Position numbers and translations under genes: made by a program. A stretch of 64,000 nucleotides of DNA. Origin: Octopus vulgaris (lineage: Eukaryota). The stretch lies in NCBI GenBank assembly GCA_951406725.2, contig OX597820.1, forward strand, positions 27,280,001-27,344,000. The letters are read 5' to 3'. The notes below the pieces were generated by a model that was not told where the DNA came from, ran no database searches, and saw only the letters and a program-made list of their open reading frames with translations. Below are positions 39,889 through 53,982 of the stretch, in pieces; the first letter of the stretch is position 1, and each line of letters starts with the position of its first letter.

Positions 39889-42090
39889 ACACACACACAC
39901 GTCTTTTGGAATCAGAAACATTACAAGTTTAACAACCAGCCTCACGCTGTGTTGCCTGGGGATAGGGCACGTGAAAGCAGTAGTTCCTAGTTTTAAAATT
40001 TCAGACTGTAAATAATTATATAAAAACAAAACCATATACGCTGCTTCTTGCATTGGATAATCTTTTTATCCACTTCATAAACGCGGGCGTTTACATAATC
40101 ATCTATATACACGCCGTCTGTGGTAGTGAACTGGCAGAGTCGCTCGTTTGTTGGAGTTTTGGGTTCAATTCCTTCCGAGGTCACCTTTGCTTTTTATTGT
40201 TTTGGACGGGGTGCACTGCAGGAATTTCAACCGTGTTTCGTGGTCTGCTACCACAACAGCTCCTTTATAGGATCCAGTTAGCTCAAGACATCATCAGGAG
40301 GAACCACGTTCGGTTTCGGCTCCTACTCCTCTTCCGTCTTGACGTGGTGCCCCCCCCCTTTCGGAGGTGTCTTCAGCTCTGGTGTTGGGTGCATGTCTAC
40401 TTTCTTCCTCTTTCTTCTGTTCCCTGGCCTCTTCGATGTAGCGTCAACGAGTGTCAGCGGGCGACTGTCTTGTCAAATTTTTCCCTTTAAATACCTGCTG
40501 CTAGGCTCCAGCAGGAAGCCCCAGCAAGTCGCTTGATTGTTGGAGTTTTGTGTTCAATTTCTTCCCAGGACACCTTTGCTTTTTATTGTTTTAGACGTGA
40601 TGCAGTGCAGTATCCTTTTGTACATTCTGCATTCAAATTCCGGCCCTGTCACCGGCGGACGTTCCCAGCAATTTGAAACACTAATGTTTCGGTATGAAGA
40701 TTGACTGTTATCACCACATGTGTTTCCAAAGAATATGAGGCTGGTCACAGTTTTCTCCCAGTACCAATCATTTGAGAACAGTCTTAAGTGCAAGGCCAAC
40801 GGAGGGTACAATTGCGTTGCTTACTGTAGAATCACGAATATGACGATGGTTGTGGTTTTCATCGTTTGATGGATTTTACTTTTTAAATTGCGTAATAACA
40901 AAGTGAGATAATCGCGTTGGTTACAGAAAATCACTAATGCTGCCGGCTATGCGTTATCCACTTGCTATCCACTCAAGCAAGGAGCTACAAAGATAAGTGA
41001 TTTCCGGATCACTGCAACGGAAAACAAAGCAAACTCACCATTGAGATTCAAGATCCATTATCCACATTGCAAGGGAAGTTTATTATTAAAATCATACTGA
41101 AAGCGGCGAGCTGGAAGAATTGTAATCACACCGGACAAAATAAATGCTTAGTACATTTTCTTTCGATTTTACGTTCTGAGCGCATATGCTTTTTGTCATT
41201 TCGGGATCAGTAAAATAAGTATCAGTTGGACTCTGGGGCCGATATCATTAACTTATTTCTCATTAAAGCTTCTGGAGTCGATAAATCGACTTAATTCTAT
41301 TTAAAATTACTGGCAATGCGCCAAAGAATATGACGATGGTCATATTTCTCTTCAAATGCGCGTCATTTGATGATTGTTCATTTTAAAGTCCAACACCAAT
41401 AGAGAGCACAATAGCGTTGGTTACTATGAAATCAAGACTATGACGATTGCTATGGCTTTCTTCGAATGTGCATCCTTTGAAACTACTATTAAAGTTGCAC
41501 TGAAAGTGGCAACCTAGTAGAATCATAAGCGTGTCGAAGAACATACTTAGCAGCATCCCTTTCGGATCTTTATGTTCTGGGTTCAAACGCCACCAACGTC
41601 AACTTACATCAACTTACATTTTGGAGTTGATAAACACATTTAACATATGCAACAACAGTTCATGCAGATATTAATATATGCATATGTGCATATGTTTATA
41701 TAAATATTCTACTATATATAAAATCATAAAATGAGAAACCACAAAACTTGTAATGGCAGCGATTTTAAGATTATCTTTACTCTCTTTGCTAATCGGGTAC
41801 ATTTCTACTTGAAGTATTACCACAATATATATAGACATACATATACATTTATCTGTATGTATGTATATATATATATATATGTATGTATGTGTATATATAT
41901 ATACACATACATACATATATATATATATACACATACATACATAAATATATATATACACATATGTATATATGTGTATATATATATGTATACATATATTTAT
42001 ATATGTATATATGTGTATATATATATGTATATATATATATGTATATATATTTATATATATATATTTATACACACGCACACGTGCATACAT

Positions 42091-42145
<55 letters not shown>

Positions 42146-42149
42146 TCTT

Positions 42150-42368
42150 TTTGACTCTGACTTTTTTTTACTTGTTTCAGTCATTTGACTGCGGCCATGC
42201 TGGAGCACCGCCTTTAGTCGAGCAAATCGACCTCAGGACTTATTCTTTGTAAGCCTAGTACTTATTCTATCGGTCTTTTTTGCCGAACCGCTAAGTTACG
42301 GGGACGTAAACACACCAGCGTCGGTTGTCAAGCGATGTTGGGGGTCAAACACGAACACAGAAACATAT

Positions 42369-42443
<75 letters not shown>

Positions 42444-42603
42444 TACGATGGGATTCTTTCAGTTTCCGTCTACCAAATCCACTCACAAAGCTTTGGTCGG
42501 CCCGAGGCTATAGTAGAAGACACTTGCCCAAGGTGCCACGCAACAGGACTGAACCCGGAACCATGTGGTTGGTAAGCAAGATACTTACCACACAGCCACT
42601 CCT
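42150..42603 (-). mobile_element. Family-B SINE
   Basis: Consensus match. Confidence 0.9.
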
Positions 42604-42604
42604 G

Positions 42605-42723
<119 letters not shown>

Positions 42724-43351
42724 AATGAAAAAACAGACACGCACACATATATTTACATTCACCCACACAGAGACAGGCGCTCACGCACAGTCATGTAAGG
42801 GCGTTTGAGACTTTCTATTGCATTCGTGAGTTATATCCGTCGTGTACGTGAATATATAATATATACGTATATAGATGTGAGTGTACAAATATATTGATTC
42901 GCTATTACATTTTAAATTCTTGCTAATTGTATTGATTAATAGCTTCTGCTTATTTAAATACAGTTTTCCTTTATATATAGCTTTTCCACAGGTGCGTCTG
43001 TGTTGTGAGTTTAAAATATTCAGTTATTCAGATATTCCAAGCTGACGTGGAATGTAAGAGTTATGTTTCATATGTAAATCACAGATGTATGTATATCTAT
43101 GCGTTCTGTACATGTGGTGTGGTTTTAGATTCGAATATATGTATACGCGAGTTTATGTATATTTATATATTTATCTCTAGTGCGGTGGATATAGGTAAAT
43201 CTAATCTAGCCACAACTCGCCCTTTCTCCCTTTTTCTCTTTATACAGGAAAGATGTACAAACATAATCTTTATATATATAACATATATGTATGTACGTGT
43301 GTGTTTGTGAGTACGAGCGCGCGTGTATGAGATGTTATTTGTGTTAAAGTG

Positions 43352-43384
<33 letters not shown>

Positions 43385-43385
43385 G

Positions 43386-43452
<67 letters not shown>

Positions 43453-43753
43453 ATATATATACATGTATGTATATATATACATATATATATATATACATAT
43501 ATATATGTATATATATATATATATATTTAAGTAGTTGAATGAATTATCCTAGTATGGATAATTCGGTTAACCGATACCTGGGTAGCAAATTCACGTCAGA
43601 AAAACACGGTTGAAGCTACATGCCAAGGGCAGAGATCACGTGCTTTCGTGTGGAGATTTGTGTGTTTTTTTTAATACATTATCGCTATGAACTCCGTGTG
43701 GGCAGTCATCTAAAAGTTTTTGTTCATCATGATGCTGACATAAGTTCCTTGTC

Positions 43754-43834
43754 TTTCCTGATGAGAAGGCGGCATAATGCACCCCTTATTCCTTCGAAAT
43801 TAGGAATATGCAGCCTTCGAAACATTTGTCGAGA
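43754..43834 (+). ncRNA. Type I hammerhead ribozyme with intact core
   Basis: tttc-CTGATGA-gaaggcggcata...tatgcagccttc-GAAA-catttg-TC-gaga. Stem II is 11/12 bp and the GUC site predicts cleavage after 43830. Confidence 0.88.
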
Positions 43835-43879
43835 ATAGAGGAATTTCGTTAAATCGTCGTTCAACTCCATTCTTTCATT

Positions 43880-43945
<66 letters not shown>

Positions 43946-44231
43946 TATATGTATATGTGCGTGTGTGTGCGTGCTTATATTTGTGTTGATGTATTTATAT
44001 GTATGTGGTTGTGTTCGCTAGGCTATGACCTATTATAAAGTCGTTGGTATTGTGAAGTCGTGTGTTGAAACAGATATTGTTGTATTTAGGAATGGTCATT
44101 TTGCCAGTTTAGCCAATAAAAACACACGCACTATATATTTGGTGTTACTTTGCTTCAGTGTTATTTATTTTTTACATTAATCTTAATCTTATTTCGGCCA
44201 TTATTAGGAATTACCATCCTTAAATACAACA

Positions 44232-44292
<61 letters not shown>

Positions 44293-44294
44293 TT

Positions 44295-44367
<73 letters not shown>

Positions 44368-44717
44368 TCTTTTATTCTTTTATTTGTTTCAGTTATTTAA
44401 GTGCGGCCATGCTGGGGCACCACCTTTAATCTAAAAAAATCGATCCCAGAACTTATTCTTTGTAAGCCTAGTACTTATTCTATGATCTTTTGCCGAAACG
44501 CTAACTTTGTAAACACACCAACATCGGTTGTCAAACAATTGTGGGGGACAAACACGGACACACAAACACATACATTTATATATATATATATACATAGGAC
44601 GGACTTCTTTCAGTTTCCAACTACCAAATGCACTCACAAGGCTTTGTTGGGCCCTAGGCTATAGTAGAAGAGACTTACTCAAGGTGCCGCGAACTGGGAC
44701 TGAACCCGGAACAATGT
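44368..44717 (-). mobile_element. Family-B SINE, 5'-truncated
   Basis: Consensus match. Confidence 0.85.
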
Positions 44718-44809
44718 ATGTCTCCACTGTCCTGTTTTTTTCCCAACTTTGTTCCTCCATAAATCTCAAATTTTATTTTGGTACTTATGGGAATAACTAT
44801 CTTCGAAGA

Positions 44810-44871
44810 CTCATTCTGTCGTTCAATGCTCGAAATGAGAGTAGATAGACAGCCGACAACTGATGAAGGGT
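44810..44871 (+). ncRNA. Non-circularly permuted hammerhead-like motif, family 1 (element ~44720-44990)
   Basis: ctca-TT-ctgtcg-ttcaat-gctc-GAAA-tgag-(14 nt)-cgacaa-CTGATGA-a-gggt. Confidence 0.7.
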
Positions 44872-45475
44872 CGTTCTTTGTGTTACTTGTCTTGTTTGCC
44901 ATTTGTTTCTCTCGTTGTTTGTGTATTGAACTCATTTGTTTTCGTATTTCATGTTGTTTACTTTTGGTGACGTCCTGTACCCATATATGCACATGTACGT
45001 ATGTCTATATATATATACTTATACACACAAGCATATACACATACAATCATGCAGTGAGTTGCATGTTTATTCAATAACACTAATCTTTAGCGTAATTGGA
45101 CCCTGGGCATCATCCGGTAAACGACTTCACTTTATCCCGTTAGCAAAAAGTATCCCTTACTAATGAATCTAACGAGAGTTTCTAGGCAGATATCAGCACG
45201 TAACTACAGATAATTTCCATGCTGAATCGATAAATATTATTATTCAGTCCGGATGCTTCGGCTGACAAGACACAGGTATGTCGTAACACAGGGGTGCCTA
45301 ACAATTCCAGTTACGCTAATTAATCTAGTTAGTTATGAACGTACTTTCGTCTAAACAAGAAGCACTAATTCTACTTTGATTAGCATGTTTGCGTTCAAAT
45401 CTGGAGAACGTATGAGCAGTAATTATGTAAGTCAGTTGTTGAATATATATATACATATACATACATAATACATAT

Positions 45476-45757
45476 ATGCTTGTTCGTTCCCGAGCCACGG
45501 CTGGCTCATTGGGCCCTTTTCCCAGTTTCCTTGGCGTATAAGTTCCCCACCTGGACGGGACGCCGGTCCGTCGCAGGTGAGTTGCAAGATGCAGGAGGAA
45601 AGAGTGAGGTAAAGTTGTGGCGAAAGAGTCAGCAGAAGTTCGCCATTACCTTCTGCCGGAGCCGCGTGGAACACACACATCGCCCGTTCTGAGATTCGAA
45701 CACGCGATCCCTCGATCGCGAGTCCGCTGCTCTAACAACTAGGCCATGTGCCTCCAC
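45476..45757 (-). mobile_element. Family-C variant SINE in (CATA)n
   Basis: Homologous to 25440-25740. Confidence 0.85.
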
Positions 45758-45776
45758 TAATACATACATACATACA

Positions 45777-45807
<31 letters not shown>

Positions 45808-46043
45808 GTATGTATGTATGTATGTAGGTATGTATGTATGTATGTATGTACGTATGTATGTATGTAGATAGACAGATAGATAGATAGATAGATAGATATA
45901 TACATACATACATACATACATACATACATACATACATACATACATACATACATACATACATACATACATACCTACATACATATGTATGTATGTATGTATG
46001 TATGTTTGTATGTATGTATGTATGTATGTATGTATGTATGTAC

Positions 46044-46074
<31 letters not shown>

Positions 46075-46699
46075 TGTATGTATGTATGTATGTATGTATG
46101 TATGTATGCATGCATGCGTGTATGTATGTATGTATTATGTATGTATGTATGTATGTATATATCTATCTATCTATCTGTCTATTTATATATATATATATGT
46201 GTGTGTGTGTGTTATATATTAGTCAGTATTTTTATTCGTTAGAATCTATGTATTTCAACAAGATACTGAGCTTAAAGTATTCTGGAGCAACTTAAAACTT
46301 GTTTGTTGGTTGTATGCTCTAAGTAGACATACATACACTCACACATCTATGTACACATATGGATACAAACAGCGGGAGAAAAATATGTATAGGTACCCAT
46401 TCCAATATTAACTATAGATCCAGCCCAGGGGTGGATTTAAGTGTAGCGTATTTATGAAAAAGAACACGAGTTGGGTTCCAAATTTTGAGTCTCCTCGTAG
46501 TGATTTTAGTTGTTGGAAATAGCAGTCGACGTTCTCTGAAAACACAATACATTCTTAAGTAAGAAAATTAAGCAGCAGATAAAATAATGTTCCTAGACGG
46601 GTTAGTCACGGTTGGAAGGCTTTTTTTCTTTTCATAATGAATGTACTTAATAGGTTTACATGAAGGTAAAAATAACAAGAAAACAGATTTAAAGGGATT

Positions 46700-48045
<1,346 letters not shown>

Positions 48046-48371
48046 TTTATCTATCTATATATATATAATACATATATACATATATACACAAATACATGCA
48101 CACAGATATATAAGTATATATATATACATATATCTGTATATCTGTACACTCACACACACAGACACACACACATATATATAATATATATATGATATGAATA
48201 ATATATATATGCATGCGTATATCTATCTATCTATCTATTTCTTTATATATATGCATATATGGGTACAGGATGTCACCAACTGTAAACAACATGAAATACG
48301 AAAATAAATGAATTCAATACGCAAACAACGAGAGAAACAAGTGGAAAACAGGACAAGTAATACAAAGAACG

Positions 48372-48435
48372 ACCCTTCATCAGTTGTCGGCTGTCTATCT
48401 GCTCCTCATTTCGAGCACTGAATGACAATAAGAGG
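48372..48435 (-). ncRNA. Non-circularly permuted hammerhead-like motif, family 1, second copy (element ~48256-48737)
   Basis: Reverse complement reads cctct-TA-ttgtca-ttcagt-gctc-GAAA-tgagg-(14 nt)-cgacaa-CTGATGA-a-gggt. The element is homologous to 44760-44990. Confidence 0.7.
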
Positions 48436-48747
48436 CCTCGAAGGCAGGTGCTCCTATAAATACCAAAATAACATTTTGGATTTATCGAGGGTCAAAGTTG
48501 AACAAAAACATGACAGTGAAGACATAGAAGGAAACCGAACGAAAACAAACATAGAGGGTCATTAGGCCAGAACGAGGATAAAATAGCGAACGATGGAGAC
48601 ACTTTCTTTCTTTGAAAAGAGAAAAGATAGAAGAGAGTGATAGAAGACGTCCAGTTCCTAGGACAGTGCTTGAGGAAAAGAAAGATGGGCGATGGTCACG
48701 TGTGAGCGACGAGGGAGTGAAAAGAAGAACGAAGGGATATATATATC

Positions 48748-48801
<54 letters not shown>

Positions 48802-49126
48802 TAAGCATATGGCCCTAAGGTTAAACATTTGGCTACATAATTTGTTGAAGGAGACTTGTTATTACTCTACAAATATTGAATGTACCAAGAACTTACCTAA
48901 CTGACTGGAATGTTCATTCAGTTCATGCAACGAACTGCAAAATGACTTAAAGGTGATTACATAGAAAAAACAAATTACAGTTTGTGCCTATCTGCAAAAC
49001 TTAAGTTAAAATATTTTTGATAAAGTCTACTATATGTCTACTTGCCAGTTGTTGCGTTTATGCTGGTTTTTATGTTAATGTGGGAGAATTTATATAATAC
49101 ATACATATACATACTCATCTATCTAT

Positions 49127-49216
<90 letters not shown>

Positions 49217-49280
49217 GTCTATCTATCGATCTATCCATCTATCGCTGTCTGTGTCTCTCTGTCTGTCTGTTTGTCTGTAA

Positions 49281-49347
<67 letters not shown>

Positions 49348-50649
49348 AAGAGAGAGATAGACATGTGTGTATAAATACATACAAAAACACACACCCTCAC
49401 AGACACACAAATATAAATATAAATATAAATATATATATATATATTTCTCTAGTTTCAGCTCAGAGCTGCGGCCATGCTGATACACCACCGTTTTGTGCTA
49501 CACTGTTATTACGAAGAACCTCGTCTAATATGTGGCACTTGGTGAAGAATGGAGTTTGATATAGCTACTCTCATTTGCACCTCTTATATATTATATATTT
49601 AATTAGATAGCTACGAGATTATGGGCTATGGTTATTTTCTCTCTAACTGTACCAGGTTTGAAACATATAGAAATTAATTAGTTACAAATAAATTTTCATT
49701 CAAATAGGCTATATAGATAATTTAAATTAATTCTATCTAATTTTTTAATCTAATGTAGGTAATCCAACTTATAGCAAATTAGGTAATTAGTTAATTAGAC
49801 TTCGTAGTTCTTTTATATACTACTAGTAAATATCGCTAATCCCATAAAAATAACATAACGTTTTTTCATTATGAAAAACAACTCACAATCCTTTCTTTTG
49901 ACCCCTTAATGTAGTCCTAAAGTCTGCCATTGTATTATTATTAGTAGTAACATTAATAAATAAAGAAATAAATTAAATGACCTTTCTAGTTTTGCCCTGA
50001 AATCTGTTAATTTTTTTCCCTATAGTGACAACCTTTGGCCCTTCTTTACCTTCTCATATCCTCCTTATATAGCAATTAACGATGATATTTGGTCAAGATT
50101 AGCTTTCCTCCTCAAAGCTCTTTGATTCTTGCAAATTCTGTTTAGTCAGTTCGCCTCCACTGAAATAAACTACTCTACGTAGTTGGACACTTACATCCCC
50201 TTCCGCTCTTAGTTACTCTAATATACCCTATGTGAGGGATTGTCTCCACGCTTCACTAACCCTCCTTCAACAAATTTAATTCTAACATAGCAGTTTGAAG
50301 AAATTCTCAGAAAGGTAACCAATATATCATCACACATCAGGAAACACACTTTATTATGGACTAATTATGGATAAATGCATATTCTGTGAGTATGATACCT
50401 CTCCTCATATCTCCAGAATTCAAACTTTCTTCAATATGGATGGATTTACATTTTCAATTTCATTGTCATTTTCTGGAAAACTAAGAGGTTTTTTAAAATA
50501 CTTTTTTTAAACCCCGTTATATGACTGTGCAACACTAAAAGAACTTTCAGAAGTCCATTTGTTACCTAAATCTTATTTTTATAGAACTATCCCTAATATT
50601 TCAGGAGTGTAACATCACCCCTTTAGATGTTTGGAGAACTCAGATATTT

Positions 50650-50738
50650 TTTCGGCTGATGAGTACGGGTCACTTATATTTACTGCAATATTTGCAGCCT
50701 TAATAAAGCTGTCTTCGTACGAAACAACTGTACCGAAA
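50650..50738 (+). ncRNA. Type I hammerhead ribozyme with intact core and extended stem II
   Basis: tttcgg-CTGATGA-gtacg...cgtac-GAAA-caactg-TA-ccgaaa. Stem I is 6 bp and the GUA site predicts cleavage after 50732. Confidence 0.9.
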
Positions 50739-50767
50739 TATTGATCCATTCTTGTTGCTTTTTTCTT

Positions 50768-50821
<54 letters not shown>

Positions 50822-50863
50822 TACGCATGTGTATATATATTACCGCTGTTTTATTGTCAGACA

Positions 50864-50896
<33 letters not shown>

Positions 50897-51426
50897 GAAA
50901 CAAGAAACAGAAAGAAAGAAAGATACCCAGACTATGGTAATTCTTGCTCACTTGCATCGGGACTTCAGTGTTCCCATTTACCCACCCAACCAGTGTACTT
51001 ACTACTCGTTGAATGCGAAGTGCTGCCATTATGTATTGTGTAAAAATTCTCAATTTATGATAACGTTTATTGTGAAACATTGTATTTGACCTCAATAACA
51101 GTTGGAACATCATAAAAGGAGTTATAAGAATTATGTAGCGTTGAAATACGTTTTAAAGTTTACTGAATGGAACGAGTGTGTTTATAAAAATGTATGGAAT
51201 TGTTAAATTTTCTTACTTAAAGTTTAATGTAGTCTGTGGCAGGTGTTTCTGTATAGGATACGAACAGGTGGGCGCGTGCAATGAGACGTTGTTACAACTT
51301 GATCATGCATATTATCTAGTAATTTCTACATGCCTGAAATTTTTATTGTGCGTATATGTGTAGAGAAAAACCGAGCTGAAAAGCTTTATACTGTTACGAA
51401 ATTAGAGAAAATATTTCAGACTTTCC

Positions 51427-51478
<52 letters not shown>

Positions 51479-52222
51479 GGAAAGTATGTGTGTATGTGTG
51501 TATGTGTGTAATAATTTGCTTGATCGTTCTCTTGTTATACTTTAGTTAGGGAGATAGAGGTGGAGTGAGATGGGGAATAAATGTGATAGAGAGAGGAGAG
51601 GAGTGTGAGTAGAGGAGTGTGAGTAGAGGAGAAAGAATTGAGGAAGATCTACAATAAAGCCAAATGCGTTACGCCGTTAGTCGAAGGAAGAGGCGAACAG
51701 CGAGAGAAAGAAATGGTGAGAGAAAAGTGTTAACGACGTGCTGTAGGGTGGAGAGGGAAAGATGAAAAGAAAGAGATGTGTTTAGGATATAATATTTAGC
51801 AGGCGGTGGTGAGGTGAAAGTAAGGCTGATAGAGAGAGATGGACAGGGGAGGCAGTTACATTAAAAGGGAGTCGGTGTGTGTTTGTGTGTGTGTGTGATG
51901 CAGGCAGCGTTTGTATTGTCAGACTGGAGATACATCAACAGGAACGAAAAGTAGATATAAACTCGCAGCTATACTGAAATGATATGGACTTTGTTGCTGA
52001 AACTATAGCGATGATGATGGTGTGTTAATAGTGATAAGGATTTTTTTTTATTGAACTTAATGTATAATTTTTCGTTTTTGGATTTGGTTTGAAAGATTCT
52101 TTATATGAGTTCGTGTGTTGAAGCATATTCTGTTGTGTCTGGGGAGAGTCATTCTCTTTTAGTACCTTATTATCTAACACACTCACCGGTAAAATTTCCA
52201 CTTATTTCGTCTTTTTATTTTC

Positions 52223-52259
52223 CTAAAATTTTCGTTGCGTCTTGCACCCTTTTCAATAG
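52223..52259 (-). ncRNA. Minimal hammerhead-like motif with U3-A8 core covariation
   Basis: Reverse complement reads cta-TTGAAAA-g-ggtgc-aagac-gcaac-GAAA-at-TT-tag. Confidence 0.45.
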
Positions 52260-52619
52260 TCTTGACTCTGTATAATATTATTCTTCTACCAGTTCGTTCA
52301 CACTTTACGTTTTAGATTGTTAGAGAGGAGGGGTAGATGGAATGTGAGAGAGGAAGAGGGAATGTGAGAATGAGTGACAGAGCAGATAGCCAGTCGATGT
52401 GTTATGCTGTCACTCACGTGGTTAGTGGAAGTAAGAGGTGAAGAGAGGGAGAGAAATGTTAAAGTCACGAAGAAGAGAATTACATTGTTAAAAAAATTTG
52501 TTGAAGTGGTAAAGAGAAAGAGAGGAATATAAAGTGCCTGGCAGAGGGAAATTATAAATTCATATAATATATAGGCGTAGGAGTGGCTGTGTGGTAAGTA
52601 GCTTGCTTACCAACCACAT

Positions 52620-53188
52620 TATTATCCTGATGGAGCATTATCCTGATGGAAGAACACCTTGCGTTTTGAAGCCAATCATGGTCGTATTTCTTGTAGCGTA
52701 GGTGTCAATGAACGGTTGAATAACCAAATACAAGTTTCTCTGCTAGTTCCTCAACAGTTGCGATGGTATTTTATTCCATCGGGGTTTGCAAGACATCTTC
52801 GTTGAGCTCTACATACCTCCCCGGACGAGGCTCGACCTTCTAGGTTGCAGTTTTCGGCTCGGAATTTCTGGATCCACAGTTGAGACTGGCTCACACTTAT
52901 TGTCCGATGCCCATATACTGCATTAATATTCCTCGCACTTTCCGTTGCGTTGTTGCCTTTATTGAACTCATAAAGCAAAATATGCCGAATACGCTCCTTT
53001 GTGACTTCCATTATAGCTTAGAAGAAATAATTGTTAAAATCGAACTGCACTCTTCAAAACTTGAACTAAGAACAAGTACAAAGTAAAATTACCACCTGCT
53101 TTTATAGCAAGTTGATGTAGGTAGTTTATCCCGTTCTCCTCCAGCTTTTAGTTCATGAAATTGAAAAAACCGCATTGCTTGTGGGATG
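52620..53188 (-). mobile_element. Internally deleted mariner transposon
   Basis: N-terminal HTH region MEVTKERIRHILLYEFNKGNNATESARNINAVYG and downstream KRKVFFHQDNA. Confidence 0.85.
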
Positions 53189-53377
53189 TTGAAAGCTACA
53201 GCTTTGAATGTGTCCATTATTTCCCATTGACGAAAGCTACAGAACTAGAAACGCGCGTCTGAGAATCTGACAAATTTACAACAATCAGAAGGATCTGTGG
53301 AGTCTATAGGTGGTTCCAGTGACTATTATGACTTACCGTACACACACAGAGACATACGTACATACATGCATACATAC

Positions 53378-53430
<53 letters not shown>

Positions 53431-53456
53431 GAAAGAGAGAGAGAGAGAGAGAGAGG

Positions 53457-53589
53457 TAAAGATAGATATGGTCGGTGTATGTATTCCCCCGGGGTTTCCC
53501 GTTTAGGGCCTGGCGAAATGGTGTAAAGCTAAGCGTTTTATGGACGTGAAAGCACGGGTAACCCCATAAACTGAACATATCTATCTTTA
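53457..53589. mobile_element. Small MITE-like inverted-repeat element
   Basis: TAAAGATAGATATG...GGGGTTTCCCGT versus ACGGGTAACCCC...CATATCTATCTTTA. Confidence 0.6.
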
Positions 53590-53982
53590 TCTAAATACTT
53601 TACTGCTCTATAACTTAGAATGTGCTTCTTTTTCAGAAAGTTACAGAGCCGGTAACTCGTGTGTGAGAATCTGATAGAGAGAAGCAGTGGGTAGATATTT
53701 TATCACAAGAAAGAATTTTTCTCCACGTGAACTATAGTGAATTTGCCTTCGGAAATTGAAATTTGTCACAAATGTATTTTAACGAATCGAAAGTTCGTTT
53801 ATTCCTAACCACTGCTTGTCGCTATTTCTGCTATATTCATCCTGAGCAAGCGGTTCGCAAACGCAACTCATCGATGTTGAAAGCTACAGCTTTGAATCTG
53901 CTCTGAGTTATCTCTCTTCGTTATTTCCCATTGACGAAAGTGAAAGAACTGGAAACACGTGTCTACGAATCTGATAGAGAGA

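Noticed and set aside
45760-46160. Alternating (CATA)n/(TATG)n blocks forming large hairpins
   Set aside because: Strand-switching of a simple repeat is common in such genomes, and there is no evidence of function.
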